Shown one piece after another: positions 1 to 8,585 of a stretch of DNA of 43,875 nucleotides. Numbering within the stretch: the first letter of the stretch is position 1; the number at the start of each line of letters is the position of its first letter. Both the position numbers and the translations under genes were made by a program. Below the pieces are notes generated by a model. That model worked only from the letters and a program-made list of their open reading frames with translations. It did not search any database and was not told the origin of the DNA. Source of the DNA: Pseudomonadota bacterium (GTDB lineage: Bacteria; Bdellovibrionota_F; JAHFAK01; JBDREC01); the NCBI GenBank assembly GCA_043820105.1, contig JBDREC010000103.1:79405-123279 (forward strand). The letters are read 5' to 3'.

Positions 1-17
1 GATGATGTAATGCTTTC

Positions 18-48
18 AGTCTAGCAGAGGGAGATGACAGGAAATGTC
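18..48 (-). promoter_or_regulatory. WYL-activator-type promoter (GAC-N7-GTC-N12-TAGACT), pointing left out of the window
   Basis: Minus strand reads GAC ATTTCCT GTC ATCTCCCTCTGC TAGACT; same spacing as six other copies. Confidence 0.7.
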
Positions 49-103
49 CAAAGGTGACAAAAAATATTCTATTTAAATTAATTATTAAAATATGTCCTGA
101 TTT

Positions 104-134
104 GTCATTTCCTGTCACATAAGTATGTTATAGT
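104..134 (+). promoter_or_regulatory. WYL-activator-type promoter (first half-site GTC instead of GAC)
   Basis: GTC ATTTCCT GTC ACATAAGTATGT TATAGT; divergent from the 18-48 copy. Confidence 0.65.
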
Positions 135-140
135 AAGACA

Positions 141-251
141 ATGAGAGAAATATTAATTGAAATAATAAAAAGCACATTAAGGTTGTGGATCCTGAGAATA
201 AAGATCTTCATCCTGGATATAAGGATCTTTATTTGTGAGCTTTTTAATTGA
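141..251 (+). CDS. Putative leaderless 36-aa hydrophobic peptide (MREILIEIIKSTLRLWILRIKIFILDIRIFICELFN)
   Basis: ATG lies 7 nt after the -10 hexamer, at the expected +1; internal 21-bp tandem repeat; below the ORF-track cutoff. Confidence 0.35.
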   Translation: MREILIEIIKSTLRLWILRIKIFILDIRIFICELFN

Positions 252-480
252 ATTTCAATTTTGTGACCCAGGTCACAGACTTGGCTTGAAAAAAATGATA
301 AAATTGTTTTGGGTTATGCTGTTTGAAAGCTGATAGCCTGCTGTTATTTAAGTAAAATAGTCTTTTCAGGGCATTCGCCAGATGCATTTGTGTGTTGATT
401 TTAATTTTCTTTTCAATTTGTTTTTCTGAAACTTCAAAAGCCAGTACCCATAACCCAAACACAACTATGGGGAGGCATCT

Positions 481-2928
481 ATGAACAGCAAAATAATATC
501 AATATTTATCTTTTTAACCTTGTTTATTAGCTGCGGTGATTTTCTTGAGAGAATGACTCTTGAGGAGGAAAAATCACAGGGTAGTCAGGCCAATCTTTCA
601 GACAATAATGAAAACCTTGGTACTGAAACTGATACGAGTAACGAAAAACAGGATCCTGAGCTTTTAGATAGTGGCATAAATGACTTTGATGCAGGTGAAG
701 CTGATTATAATTTAGGCAACGATAAAATAAATGATCCTTTTATGGAAGGCAAAAAGAAACCTAAAGACAAGGATAGGGATGGAGAAGAACTTGATGAGTT
801 TGCTTTAATCTTTGATTTGGACCTTGATGAAACTGAATTACAGCAAGACGCCGAGGATGAAGATGATGAAGAAACAGCTGGAGAAGATGAAGAAGCAGGA
901 ATCAATGATCTTGAAGAAGGTGAGACAGATTACATTGTCAGAGAGTTAACCCTTAATTATAATGAGTTTAAGACTGCATACGGTGATGCTGATATTTTAA
1001 TCGCTGACAATCAGGCTATTGGAGCAATTTTAGATACAACAACAGATTATGTTTATGATATTGAAACCTGGTCAGGGCTTGTGACCAGGATTAAAAAGGA
1101 TGACATGGTAGTAACAGAGGGCCCTCCACATTATCATACCTCAGTTGACTGTAGTGACGCAGGTTATGTGATTCATGGCGACACCTGGGATTATTTTGAT
1201 CTGTATTTCTGGTATCTGCCTTCAACTGAAACCTTTTACAGGTTTGATGGAGCTAGTCCTGAAAGAATACATATAATTTCAAGATATTTTTGGTCCTGTG
1301 GTGAAGCAACAAGAGAGTTTGATGCGACAGCTTATCCAATATACTCTGTGCCTCAGAGTGAAATTGGCATTAAACCTGGTTATTATAGTCTATTGGTAGT
1401 TAGTGCTGAAGAGTATTATGAGATTGAAGAAGAAGAGGAGGTCATAGATGAAGCAACAGAAGCTGATGAGGAAGCTGAAGTAGCTCCGGAAGAGGAAGAA
1501 GCAGAAGAAGAAAGTATAGAAGATGAAACTGAAGCACAGGAAGAAACTCAAGAGGAGGTTTTAGAAGAGGAAATAGAAAGCGAGGACGATGCTGCTGAGG
1601 AAGAAAGTTTAGAAATTGTCGAAACAAGCGATGTTCAATTAGACTGGGTAGGAACTTTAGGAGCTGAAAGTTCTGATCAGATTTATGGCATCACCTTTGA
1701 TAATGATGATAATGTTTTTTATGCAGGTTCCTTTATGTATGAGGTTGATTTTAATATAGGTGCAGGGGAAGATATGCAACTTAACAGCTATGAAAATGGG
1801 CAGCAAAATGCCTTTGTTTCTAAAGTAAACTCCAATGGAAGTTATGCTTGGACCAGGATTTTTGGTAATGATACTTCTTTTTCTATTATATATGCTATAG
1901 CAACTGATCAGGAAGGAAATGTCTTTGTAACTGGAGGCTATTCAGGCTGCATTAATTTTAATGGTGCAGAGGACAGACATTGTTCTTACAGAAAGAGGGA
2001 CCTTTTCATAACAAAAATATTTAATGATGGTTCTTATGGCTGGACCAGAACTGTCAAAACTTCAGGTCAAACCTTTGGATTTGGAATAAGCACAGGTAAA
2101 GATAATGATATTTATCTGACAGGCTATTTTTACGGAATTGGAGACTTTGATTTTTCTGAGGAAGGGCAGGATGAACACAGGTCTTTAGCCAGTGATAATA
2201 TTTTTATCATGAAAATAAATAGTGACGGATCCTATGCTTATACAAAAAGCTTTGGCAGCACAGGTTCAGATCAAGCCTTTTCAATTGCGACAGACAGCCA
2301 GGATAATCTTTATGTGGTAGGAGAATTTGAAAAAGATCTCAATATTCTAATAAATGGGGTAGAAATGGATTATGAAGGACCTAAGTCCTTTCTTTTGAAA
2401 ACAGATAAAGCAGGCAATAATTTATGGATAAAAACTTACTCTGAAGAATCAAATTCTGTGCATGATTCAGTGAAGGTTGATAGTGAAGACTATGTTATTT
2501 TTGCCACCTCAAAGGATATTAGAAAAGTTAGGAATGATGGAACTGCTGTTTTTTCAGTTCTGGGAGGCAATATAAGAACATATTCCATTGCTGTGGATGC
2601 TGAAAATAATATATATGGTACCGGATTCTTTTGGAACAGTATGAATTTTTCCTGTGCTTTGTGCAATGAAAGCGGGACTTATATGTCAAAGGGTGCAGCT
2701 GATATTTTTATAGTAAAATATGACAAAGCTGGAAACAGTCAATGGATAAAAACTATTGGCGGAGATGAGAATGAAATAGCTCATTCTATAACTGTGGATT
2801 CTCAGCAGAATGTTTATGCTGTTGGTATTTTCGAAGGTGAAGTTGATCTGGATCCAGGAGAAGATGAATTGTTTAAAGAATCAAATGGTTATAGAGATGC
2901 GTTTATTCTAAAACTTCAGGAAGAATAA
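481..2928 (+). CDS. Lipoprotein with acidic low-complexity regions and a C-terminal SBBP-type beta-propeller
   Basis: Lipobox FISC; E/D-rich tracts; repeated 'IATDxxxNVYVxG..DIFIxKxxxDG' blades; RBS GGAGG. Confidence 0.8.
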   Translation: MNSKIISIFIFLTLFISCGDFLERMTLEEEKSQGSQANLSDNNENLGTETDTSNEKQDPELLDSGINDFDAGEADYNLGNDKINDPFMEGKKKPKDKDRDGEELDEFALIFDLDLDETELQQDAEDEDDEETAGEDEEAGINDLEEGETDYIVRELTLNYNEFKTAYGDADILIADNQAIGAILDTTTDYVYDIETWSGLVTRIKKDDMVVTEGPPHYHTSVDCSDAGYVIHGDTWDYFDLYFWYLPSTETFYRFDGASPERIHIISRYFWSCGEATREFDATAYPIYSVPQSEIGIKPGYYSLLVVSAEEYYEIEEEEEVIDEATEADEEAEVAPEEEEAEEESIEDETEAQEETQEEVLEEEIESEDDAAEEESLEIVETSDVQLDWVGTLGAESSDQIYGITFDNDDNVFYAGSFMYEVDFNIGAGEDMQLNSYENGQQNAFVSKVNSNGSYAWTRIFGNDTSFSIIYAIATDQEGNVFVTGGYSGCINFNGAEDRHCSYRKRDLFITKIFNDGSYGWTRTVKTSGQTFGFGISTGKDNDIYLTGYFYGIGDFDFSEEGQDEHRSLASDNIFIMKINSDGSYAYTKSFGSTGSDQAFSIATDSQDNLYVVGEFEKDLNILINGVEMDYEGPKSFLLKTDKAGNNLWIKTYSEESNSVHDSVKVDSEDYVIFATSKDIRKVRNDGTAVFSVLGGNIRTYSIAVDAENNIYGTGFFWNSMNFSCALCNESGTYMSKGAADIFIVKYDKAGNSQWIKTIGGDENEIAHSITVDSQQNVYAVGIFEGEVDLDPGEDELFKESNGYRDAFILKLQEE

Positions 2929-2943
2929 TAATTGTCAAATCAG

Positions 2944-2974
2944 GACATTTTCTGTCACAGAGTTATGTTAAAGT
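2944..2974 (+). promoter_or_regulatory. WYL-activator-type promoter of the FHA/kinase operon
   Basis: GAC ATTTTCT GTC ACAGAGTTATGT TAAAGT. Confidence 0.75.
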
Positions 2975-2981
2975 TAATTAA

Positions 2982-3069
2982 GCAGTAAGTTGTTTGCAGT
3001 AAGTTGTTTGCAGTAAGTTTTTAGACTTATCACTTACCACTTACAACTTACCACTTACCACTTACCACT
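2982..3069. repeat. 14-bp repeats (GCAGTAAGTTGTTT x~2.7) followed by six 7-bp ACTTACC-like units, partly complementary
   Basis: Read directly; GTAAGT in the left block pairs with ACTTAC in the right block. Confidence 0.85.
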
Positions 3070-3085
3070 AAACGGGGGGGGCGCC

Positions 3086-3385
3086 ATGAAACCAGCAAAC
3101 AATAAAGTCATAAAACTACAAAAATACTCCAAAAAAAAGAGCATATACGAAGCCCTTATAAAAGAGACTATTAATGGATTGGAAGCTTTAATCGACGAAT
3201 TTGACCATCTGGCCTTTAGCCTGGCTGTTAATAATAAATGGCAGGAATGGGATGAGGCACAACCTGTGGGCACCATTATTGACTATGATATGGAAATGCT
3301 GCTGCAAACCGGTGATCCAAAGGTGACCATGATTATGAAGCTAAGAAATAAAATGGTTGAAACCCTTAAAGCCCTTGAAGAGTAA
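3086..3385 (+). CDS. Hypothetical protein (99 aa), first gene of operon
   Basis: ORF with G-rich RBS, co-directional with downstream genes. Confidence 0.65.
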   Translation: MKPANNKVIKLQKYSKKKSIYEALIKETINGLEALIDEFDHLAFSLAVNNKWQEWDEAQPVGTIIDYDMEMLLQTGDPKVTMIMKLRNKMVETLKALEE

Positions 3386-3410
3386 ATAAAACAGGAGATT
3401 TGGATAAAAC

Positions 3411-5231
3411 ATGAGTATTCAAAGAAAAATATTTATTATCATTTTAATGTCCCTTGCTGGAATTTGCTTTTTAGTCTGTGCCCATTATTTCCTGAAAAAT
3501 CCTCAGGAAGAGCAAAAAGCAAAGCCTGTATATCTGGCCCCTGTTGATATAGATGCAGTAATTAAAGAGCTTTGCCAGGAGCTGGGTGCAAAGGCAAAAA
3601 ATGAACGCTTTGCAGGACCTGTGCTTGAGCTAAAGCATATTGAGGGTCCTGAAAAGGATGAATTTGTGCAAACTAAAAAGCCTCTGATCATGGCTTGTCT
3701 CGCGGGGAGTTTCAATAAGCAGATAGTAGCTTCTGACTCAGACAGGGAAAAGATAAAAAAACTGGTGGAGGAGCTGTTCAGCAAACAAAGCCTTTATAAA
3801 AACCTGAAGCTGGATCTGGGTACAGCTGAAGCTCCAAAATATGATATAAGCGGCAGATGGGAATGGCTTGTGAATAAAAAGGATGTGCAGCTTAGTATTA
3901 GAATCTCTAAAATAGGGATAACACCCGCATATATTGAGGCCTCAGGTATCTTCACTCATCCTGCTTTTATCAGGCAGGTAAATCTTGAGCTGGATAAGCA
4001 AAAGGCAGCGTATTTCAGCAAAAGAAGACTAACTGTTTATCTGGCATATGCTGATTGCGGGCTGCTTATTTTAATGTGGCTTTATTTATCGGCAATACTA
4101 GGCTTTCGGCACATACAAAGGAAGAACTTAAGCCAGACTTTGCCTGCGACCATGGGAAAGCTGGAAAACCTGATCAGAGGGGGCTACTATGTATCTGCTG
4201 GTAAACTTATAGAAAGCTGCCTTAACTACTTTCCCAATGAAACGGATCTGCTCAGTATAAAAGCCAGACTGGAAATTATAACAGAGGGCAGATTAAAAGA
4301 CGCTGAAAAGGCCTTTGTTAAAGCTAAAATATTTAAAACTTATGTGGCAAGCGGGCAAATCCTTGCACCAAAAGATCAGGAAGATCTGCTGCAATTACCG
4401 GGACCTGAGATGGAGCATATAAGAAATGATTATACTCTAAAGCTTCTGGAAATGCAGGAAGAGAATAATAATAAAGCAGCCGTTTTATATAAGGAAGCCC
4501 TGGAATTAATCAGCAGGGGAAAGCCAGAGGAGGCCATTGGTAAGCTTGGAACTGTAATTAAACTGAACGCAGAAGATGAAAGCCCTTTGTACCTGTTTGG
4601 AAAACTTATAAAGGCCCGAAGCCTTACCTGCCTGAAACTTGTGCCCTTAAAAGTTGGTAAAGAAGTTTGGCTTTTCAAAACTGACTGCCTTTACCTCGGA
4701 AGAGAAGACAGCGATATAATCATTGAACATCCCAAAATCAGCAGACAGCATTTAAGGATAAGCTTATTGGAAAAAAAAATAATAGCAGAGGATTTAGAAA
4801 GCACTAATTTTACCTATTTAAGGGGAGAAAAATTAAAACTGGCTGAAATAGAAGACGGAGATATTCTGGACTTAGCAGGCACTCACAGCTTTACTGTACA
4901 TATTGCAAAAGCAGGGCAAAAGGTTTCCAAAGCAACAATGGCAAACACTACAGTTGCAGAGATAAATGATCCTGCTGTAAAGGATCTATCAGAAAATGAT
5001 GGTTTATTGCAAGGAATGTTTCTGGAGGGAGAGGACCGGCATTATCTTTTGATAATAGATGAGGTGGGAGCAGATATTACTGCTGTGGGTATTTTATACA
5101 ATCAAAACCCCTCACATAAAATCGTAATAAGAGCTAATACCTTGATGCTCTGCCTTGGTGATAAGTACGAGCTGCTTTATCCCGGAGAGGTTATTGAATA
5201 TCAGGGTATCAAATATGAAGTGGAGGAATAA
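3411..5231 (+). CDS. Membrane protein with TPR-like helices and an FHA domain
   Basis: Two hydrophobic segments; FHA motifs LGR..ISRQHLRI..DLESTNFTYL. Confidence 0.8.
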   Translation: MSIQRKIFIIILMSLAGICFLVCAHYFLKNPQEEQKAKPVYLAPVDIDAVIKELCQELGAKAKNERFAGPVLELKHIEGPEKDEFVQTKKPLIMACLAGSFNKQIVASDSDREKIKKLVEELFSKQSLYKNLKLDLGTAEAPKYDISGRWEWLVNKKDVQLSIRISKIGITPAYIEASGIFTHPAFIRQVNLELDKQKAAYFSKRRLTVYLAYADCGLLILMWLYLSAILGFRHIQRKNLSQTLPATMGKLENLIRGGYYVSAGKLIESCLNYFPNETDLLSIKARLEIITEGRLKDAEKAFVKAKIFKTYVASGQILAPKDQEDLLQLPGPEMEHIRNDYTLKLLEMQEENNNKAAVLYKEALELISRGKPEEAIGKLGTVIKLNAEDESPLYLFGKLIKARSLTCLKLVPLKVGKEVWLFKTDCLYLGREDSDIIIEHPKISRQHLRISLLEKKIIAEDLESTNFTYLRGEKLKLAEIEDGDILDLAGTHSFTVHIAKAGQKVSKATMANTTVAEINDPAVKDLSENDGLLQGMFLEGEDRHYLLIIDEVGADITAVGILYNQNPSHKIVIRANTLMLCLGDKYELLYPGEVIEYQGIKYEVEE

Positions 5232-5234
5232 TAA

Positions 5235-6698
5235 ATGAAGCAATTTATTTTATTTATTTTAGTATGTCTTGCGCTAAATTCCTGCGGGCTTTTTATGCAC
5301 AAAAATACTGTAAAGGCTAATAGTCAAATAGAGGCTGCAGCAAGGAACAGCTATGAGCAGCAGCTTAGGGAAAATGAAGCTGCTATCAGTAAGCTGCAAA
5401 ATAAATATCCTGCACATTATTGGGGAGAAGGTATATCCAACATAGGTGCTGATTTAGGCGAAGCCAAAGAGCAGTCCAAGGTAAGAGCCAGAACAGATTT
5501 ATCAAGAACCTTAAAAGTGCAAATCAAAAGTGATCTGGTTGATATAATGGGAAAGTATCAGGATGATTATGTGGAGATTGTGGAACAAAAAGCAATAAGC
5601 TATACCAACGCTGTATTTGAAGGAGTAGAGGGAGAATGTTTTTATCCATATCCTGCGCTTAATAATATCACCTGTTTTTATTGGATTTCCATTGCAGCTT
5701 ATAAAGAAAAAGTCAGGAAGGATCTGGAAAAGAAAAAGAGTATGATTAAGGGCTCAATGCAAAATGGGAAAAAGGCGCTTTGGGACACTGATTATGTACT
5801 GGCTTTGACGGCCTTTGCTCAGGCAAAAAATCATCTGCTTAATTTTTTTGGAAATGTACCAATAATGGATGACAGTGATAGTGCTTCAAAAGCTGAAGAA
5901 CTTAGTTCGGTCATTGACGGCTATATTAATGAGATTCTGAGTGGTATTAATATTACAACCCTTGATCCCTCTGTTGCATATACCTCAGAGGGAAAGATAA
6001 ATAAGAAACCTTTAATTTATGCCCAATATGTTAAAAATAATGCTAAGCAGGCTTTGCCTAATTTACCCCTTAAAGCTGAAATTATTGAGGGAGAGGGTGA
6101 GATAGTGGACAGGCTCACAACAGGAATAAATGGGGAGACCTATGTGCTGATAAATTTAATTAACCCTGCTATCAAAAAAAGTGTAGTCCGCGTAAAAACA
6201 GATCTTGAAAAACTAGGCATCTCAGCTAAGGCAAGACCTGTTTCTGGCTGCGAAATTCTTTTATCAAAAGCAAGAACCGTTGCCTTATCAGTTGTTTTTG
6301 AAAATAGCAGTACTATTTTAGAAGATGTAAATATGTTTCAAAAAATAAAATCAGCCTCCTTAAAAAATAATTTAAACACTCTAAGTTTTACTATTAAGCA
6401 AAAGCAAATCACCAGCGAGGATAAAAATAAAGCCACTTTATTGAATGCTGATTACCTTTTAGCTGTTTTGTTTTCAGCAGACAGCTCGAAACTTCCAGAT
6501 TATGATATGTATGCTGCAAATGCAACTGTTACCATTGAAATGTATTCCCTTCCTGATGGCAGCCTGGTATTTAGTGAAACAGGCCCTGTTTCCAAGGGCT
6601 TTGGTACAAACAGGTCAGCCGCCGGGTGGGATGCCATTGGCAAAATAAAGGAGCACGTATTGAAACTTATAAACACGAAACTGGAGCAGTTAAGATGA
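5235..6698 (+). CDS. LPP20-like lipoprotein
   Basis: Lipobox LNSC; GEG...EAKEQSKVRARTDLSRTLKVQIKS resembles LPP20. Confidence 0.65.
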   Translation: MKQFILFILVCLALNSCGLFMHKNTVKANSQIEAAARNSYEQQLRENEAAISKLQNKYPAHYWGEGISNIGADLGEAKEQSKVRARTDLSRTLKVQIKSDLVDIMGKYQDDYVEIVEQKAISYTNAVFEGVEGECFYPYPALNNITCFYWISIAAYKEKVRKDLEKKKSMIKGSMQNGKKALWDTDYVLALTAFAQAKNHLLNFFGNVPIMDDSDSASKAEELSSVIDGYINEILSGINITTLDPSVAYTSEGKINKKPLIYAQYVKNNAKQALPNLPLKAEIIEGEGEIVDRLTTGINGETYVLINLINPAIKKSVVRVKTDLEKLGISAKARPVSGCEILLSKARTVALSVVFENSSTILEDVNMFQKIKSASLKNNLNTLSFTIKQKQITSEDKNKATLLNADYLLAVLFSADSSKLPDYDMYAANATVTIEMYSLPDGSLVFSETGPVSKGFGTNRSAAGWDAIGKIKEHVLKLINTKLEQLR

Positions 6699-8485
6699 AA
6701 TATTTTATTTTAATTGTGTTTTGCCTCTTCCTGGCGCCGCTTAGCATTTGGGCCAGCATAATTCTGGCAATATTGGGTGCGTGTATTATATCTGGTATTG
6801 AAGCAGAACAAAACAGTGAAAGAGTAATTTATAATAACAGTGAAGGAACTCCCATGATTGGCAACGATTATATTATAAGTGATGAAATGCTTATTAATGG
6901 TTTTCCGGATAAAATAGAAAGAGGTTTTGTTACTTTAGATCCGGACACTATTGCTTCAATAATTGCCTCTAATGAGTCTGCGGAATCTAAAAATATCACA
7001 GAAGAATTAAAAGAAGCAAACTTAGCATTCCATGTTTATAAAAATGATGTTTCCGGAAATAATGTTATTGTAAATGAACAGGTAAAACTAAGTTGCGATG
7101 AAATCGCTGAAATTGCCCAGAATAAAATATCTTCCAGAAAAACCTATGATTTTGCTGGAAACATTAGAGGCAAACATCCCAGGGACCTTGATGAGTACAT
7201 CCTGAATTATCTTGAGGCTTATGGTTTTTTATATCCACGCTACTTTGATAAGTTTATGGAGCTTTTACAGGCCGATGGCCATTATTGGAGCCCTGCTGAA
7301 ATTATTCAAAAGATTGAAAAAACTATAAAGGAAGCCGGTCCCTTGAATGACGCCTACTGCATGAAAAAGTATTACTTTAATCTTATTTGCAGACATGGGG
7401 ATTTTATGCTCTATAATTCCGGGCTGCTTATGATCCATAATATGAGACATCCGGAGCGAATGGTTGATCTGGTGGCTTCTGGTGAATTCCTGCAAAAGGA
7501 TATTAAAATAAAACTGGAGGATTTGTTTATAGATGGCAAGATAGCATTTATTACAAGTGCCGACAATGAGACTATGCTTGGAATTGCATATTTAAAGAAA
7601 AGAGTTCTTAAAGTAGCTATACCCGAAAGCAAGGAAACAAAGATCTCCAATATCCCTGAAGGCTGTACAAAACTTCTGGCTGATAAATATCAGCTGCTAA
7701 GTGAAATCGCCAGGGGAGGCATGGGACAAGTATTTGAAGGATACAATATTAAAAGAAAGCATAAGGTAGCTATTAAAAAATTAAAGGAAGAACTAAAGAT
7801 TTACAGAAGAGAAAGAGAACGTTTCATAAAAGAAGCAAAAATTATTTCCAGACTTAAGCATCCGGACATTGTAAAGCTTTATGAAATTATTGAAGAAGAC
7901 TATAATATTTATCTGGTTTTTGAACTGCTCAAAGGTCAGAACATTGAAGATATGATAAATAAGATGAGCAAGTTTCCTCTGCTGCAGGCGCTAAAGATAG
8001 CGTGCGATGTTTCCATGGCTCTGGCTTATGCCCATAAGTTCGGAATAATTCACAGGGATCTGAAACCTTCAAATATATTTTTTTGCGATGATGGAAAAAT
8101 AAAGGTCATGGATTTTGGAATAGCCAGAGAAGTCAAAGATTCTGTCTCCAGATTAACCGGAAATAATGATACTTCCGGAACCATGCAGTACATGTCCCCG
8201 GAACAAATCCTGGGAGCAAGAGATATTCGGGGCGATATATATGCTCTTGGAGTGACCTTATATGAAATGATCACAGGCAAAGTTCCTTTTCGTGGCGGAG
8301 ATGTTTATATTCAAAAAAAGGAAATGGCTTACATAAAGGCATCTGAAATAGACAGTTCTATTCCAAAAGAGGTTGATATAATAATTGAAAAATGCCTGCA
8401 GGCAGATCCCGAAAAAAGATATTCATCTTGCCTTGAATTATTCAGGGCCTTAAGGACTCTGCATAATATGTTAGATATAAATTGA
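6695..8485 (+). CDS. Membrane-anchored Hanks-type Ser/Thr protein kinase 1
   Basis: ARGGMGQV, VAIK, HRDLKPSN, DFG, SPE; start re-assigned to the ATGA overlap at 6695. Confidence 0.92.
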   Translation: MKYFILIVFCLFLAPLSIWASIILAILGACIISGIEAEQNSERVIYNNSEGTPMIGNDYIISDEMLINGFPDKIERGFVTLDPDTIASIIASNESAESKNITEELKEANLAFHVYKNDVSGNNVIVNEQVKLSCDEIAEIAQNKISSRKTYDFAGNIRGKHPRDLDEYILNYLEAYGFLYPRYFDKFMELLQADGHYWSPAEIIQKIEKTIKEAGPLNDAYCMKKYYFNLICRHGDFMLYNSGLLMIHNMRHPERMVDLVASGEFLQKDIKIKLEDLFIDGKIAFITSADNETMLGIAYLKKRVLKVAIPESKETKISNIPEGCTKLLADKYQLLSEIARGGMGQVFEGYNIKRKHKVAIKKLKEELKIYRRERERFIKEAKIISRLKHPDIVKLYEIIEEDYNIYLVFELLKGQNIEDMINKMSKFPLLQALKIACDVSMALAYAHKFGIIHRDLKPSNIFFCDDGKIKVMDFGIAREVKDSVSRLTGNNDTSGTMQYMSPEQILGARDIRGDIYALGVTLYEMITGKVPFRGGDVYIQKKEMAYIKASEIDSSIPKEVDIIIEKCLQADPEKRYSSCLELFRALRTLHNMLDIN

Positions 8486-8585
8486 CAGAAAGCCTTTAAA
8501 AAGTGCTGTGCCTTAACAAATATAAGAGGACCCAAAATGGTTTCAGGATAAATAACCAAGCAATTTAATAAATGCAGAGGGGAAT

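Noticed and set aside
244-462. 72-aa minus-strand ORF
   Set aside because: No RBS or recognisable features; lies antisense in the leader of the 481 gene.
700-1630. GAA-rich repeats and antisense ORFs in the first lipoprotein
   Set aside because: Explained by acidic low-complexity protein sequence.
2982-3069. Possible CRISPR array
   Set aside because: Units are 7-14 bp with no unique spacers, and no cas genes are present.
6626-6694. ORF-track start of kinase 1
   Set aside because: Overlaps the upstream gene; ATGA coupling at 6695 after a GGAG RBS is more plausible.
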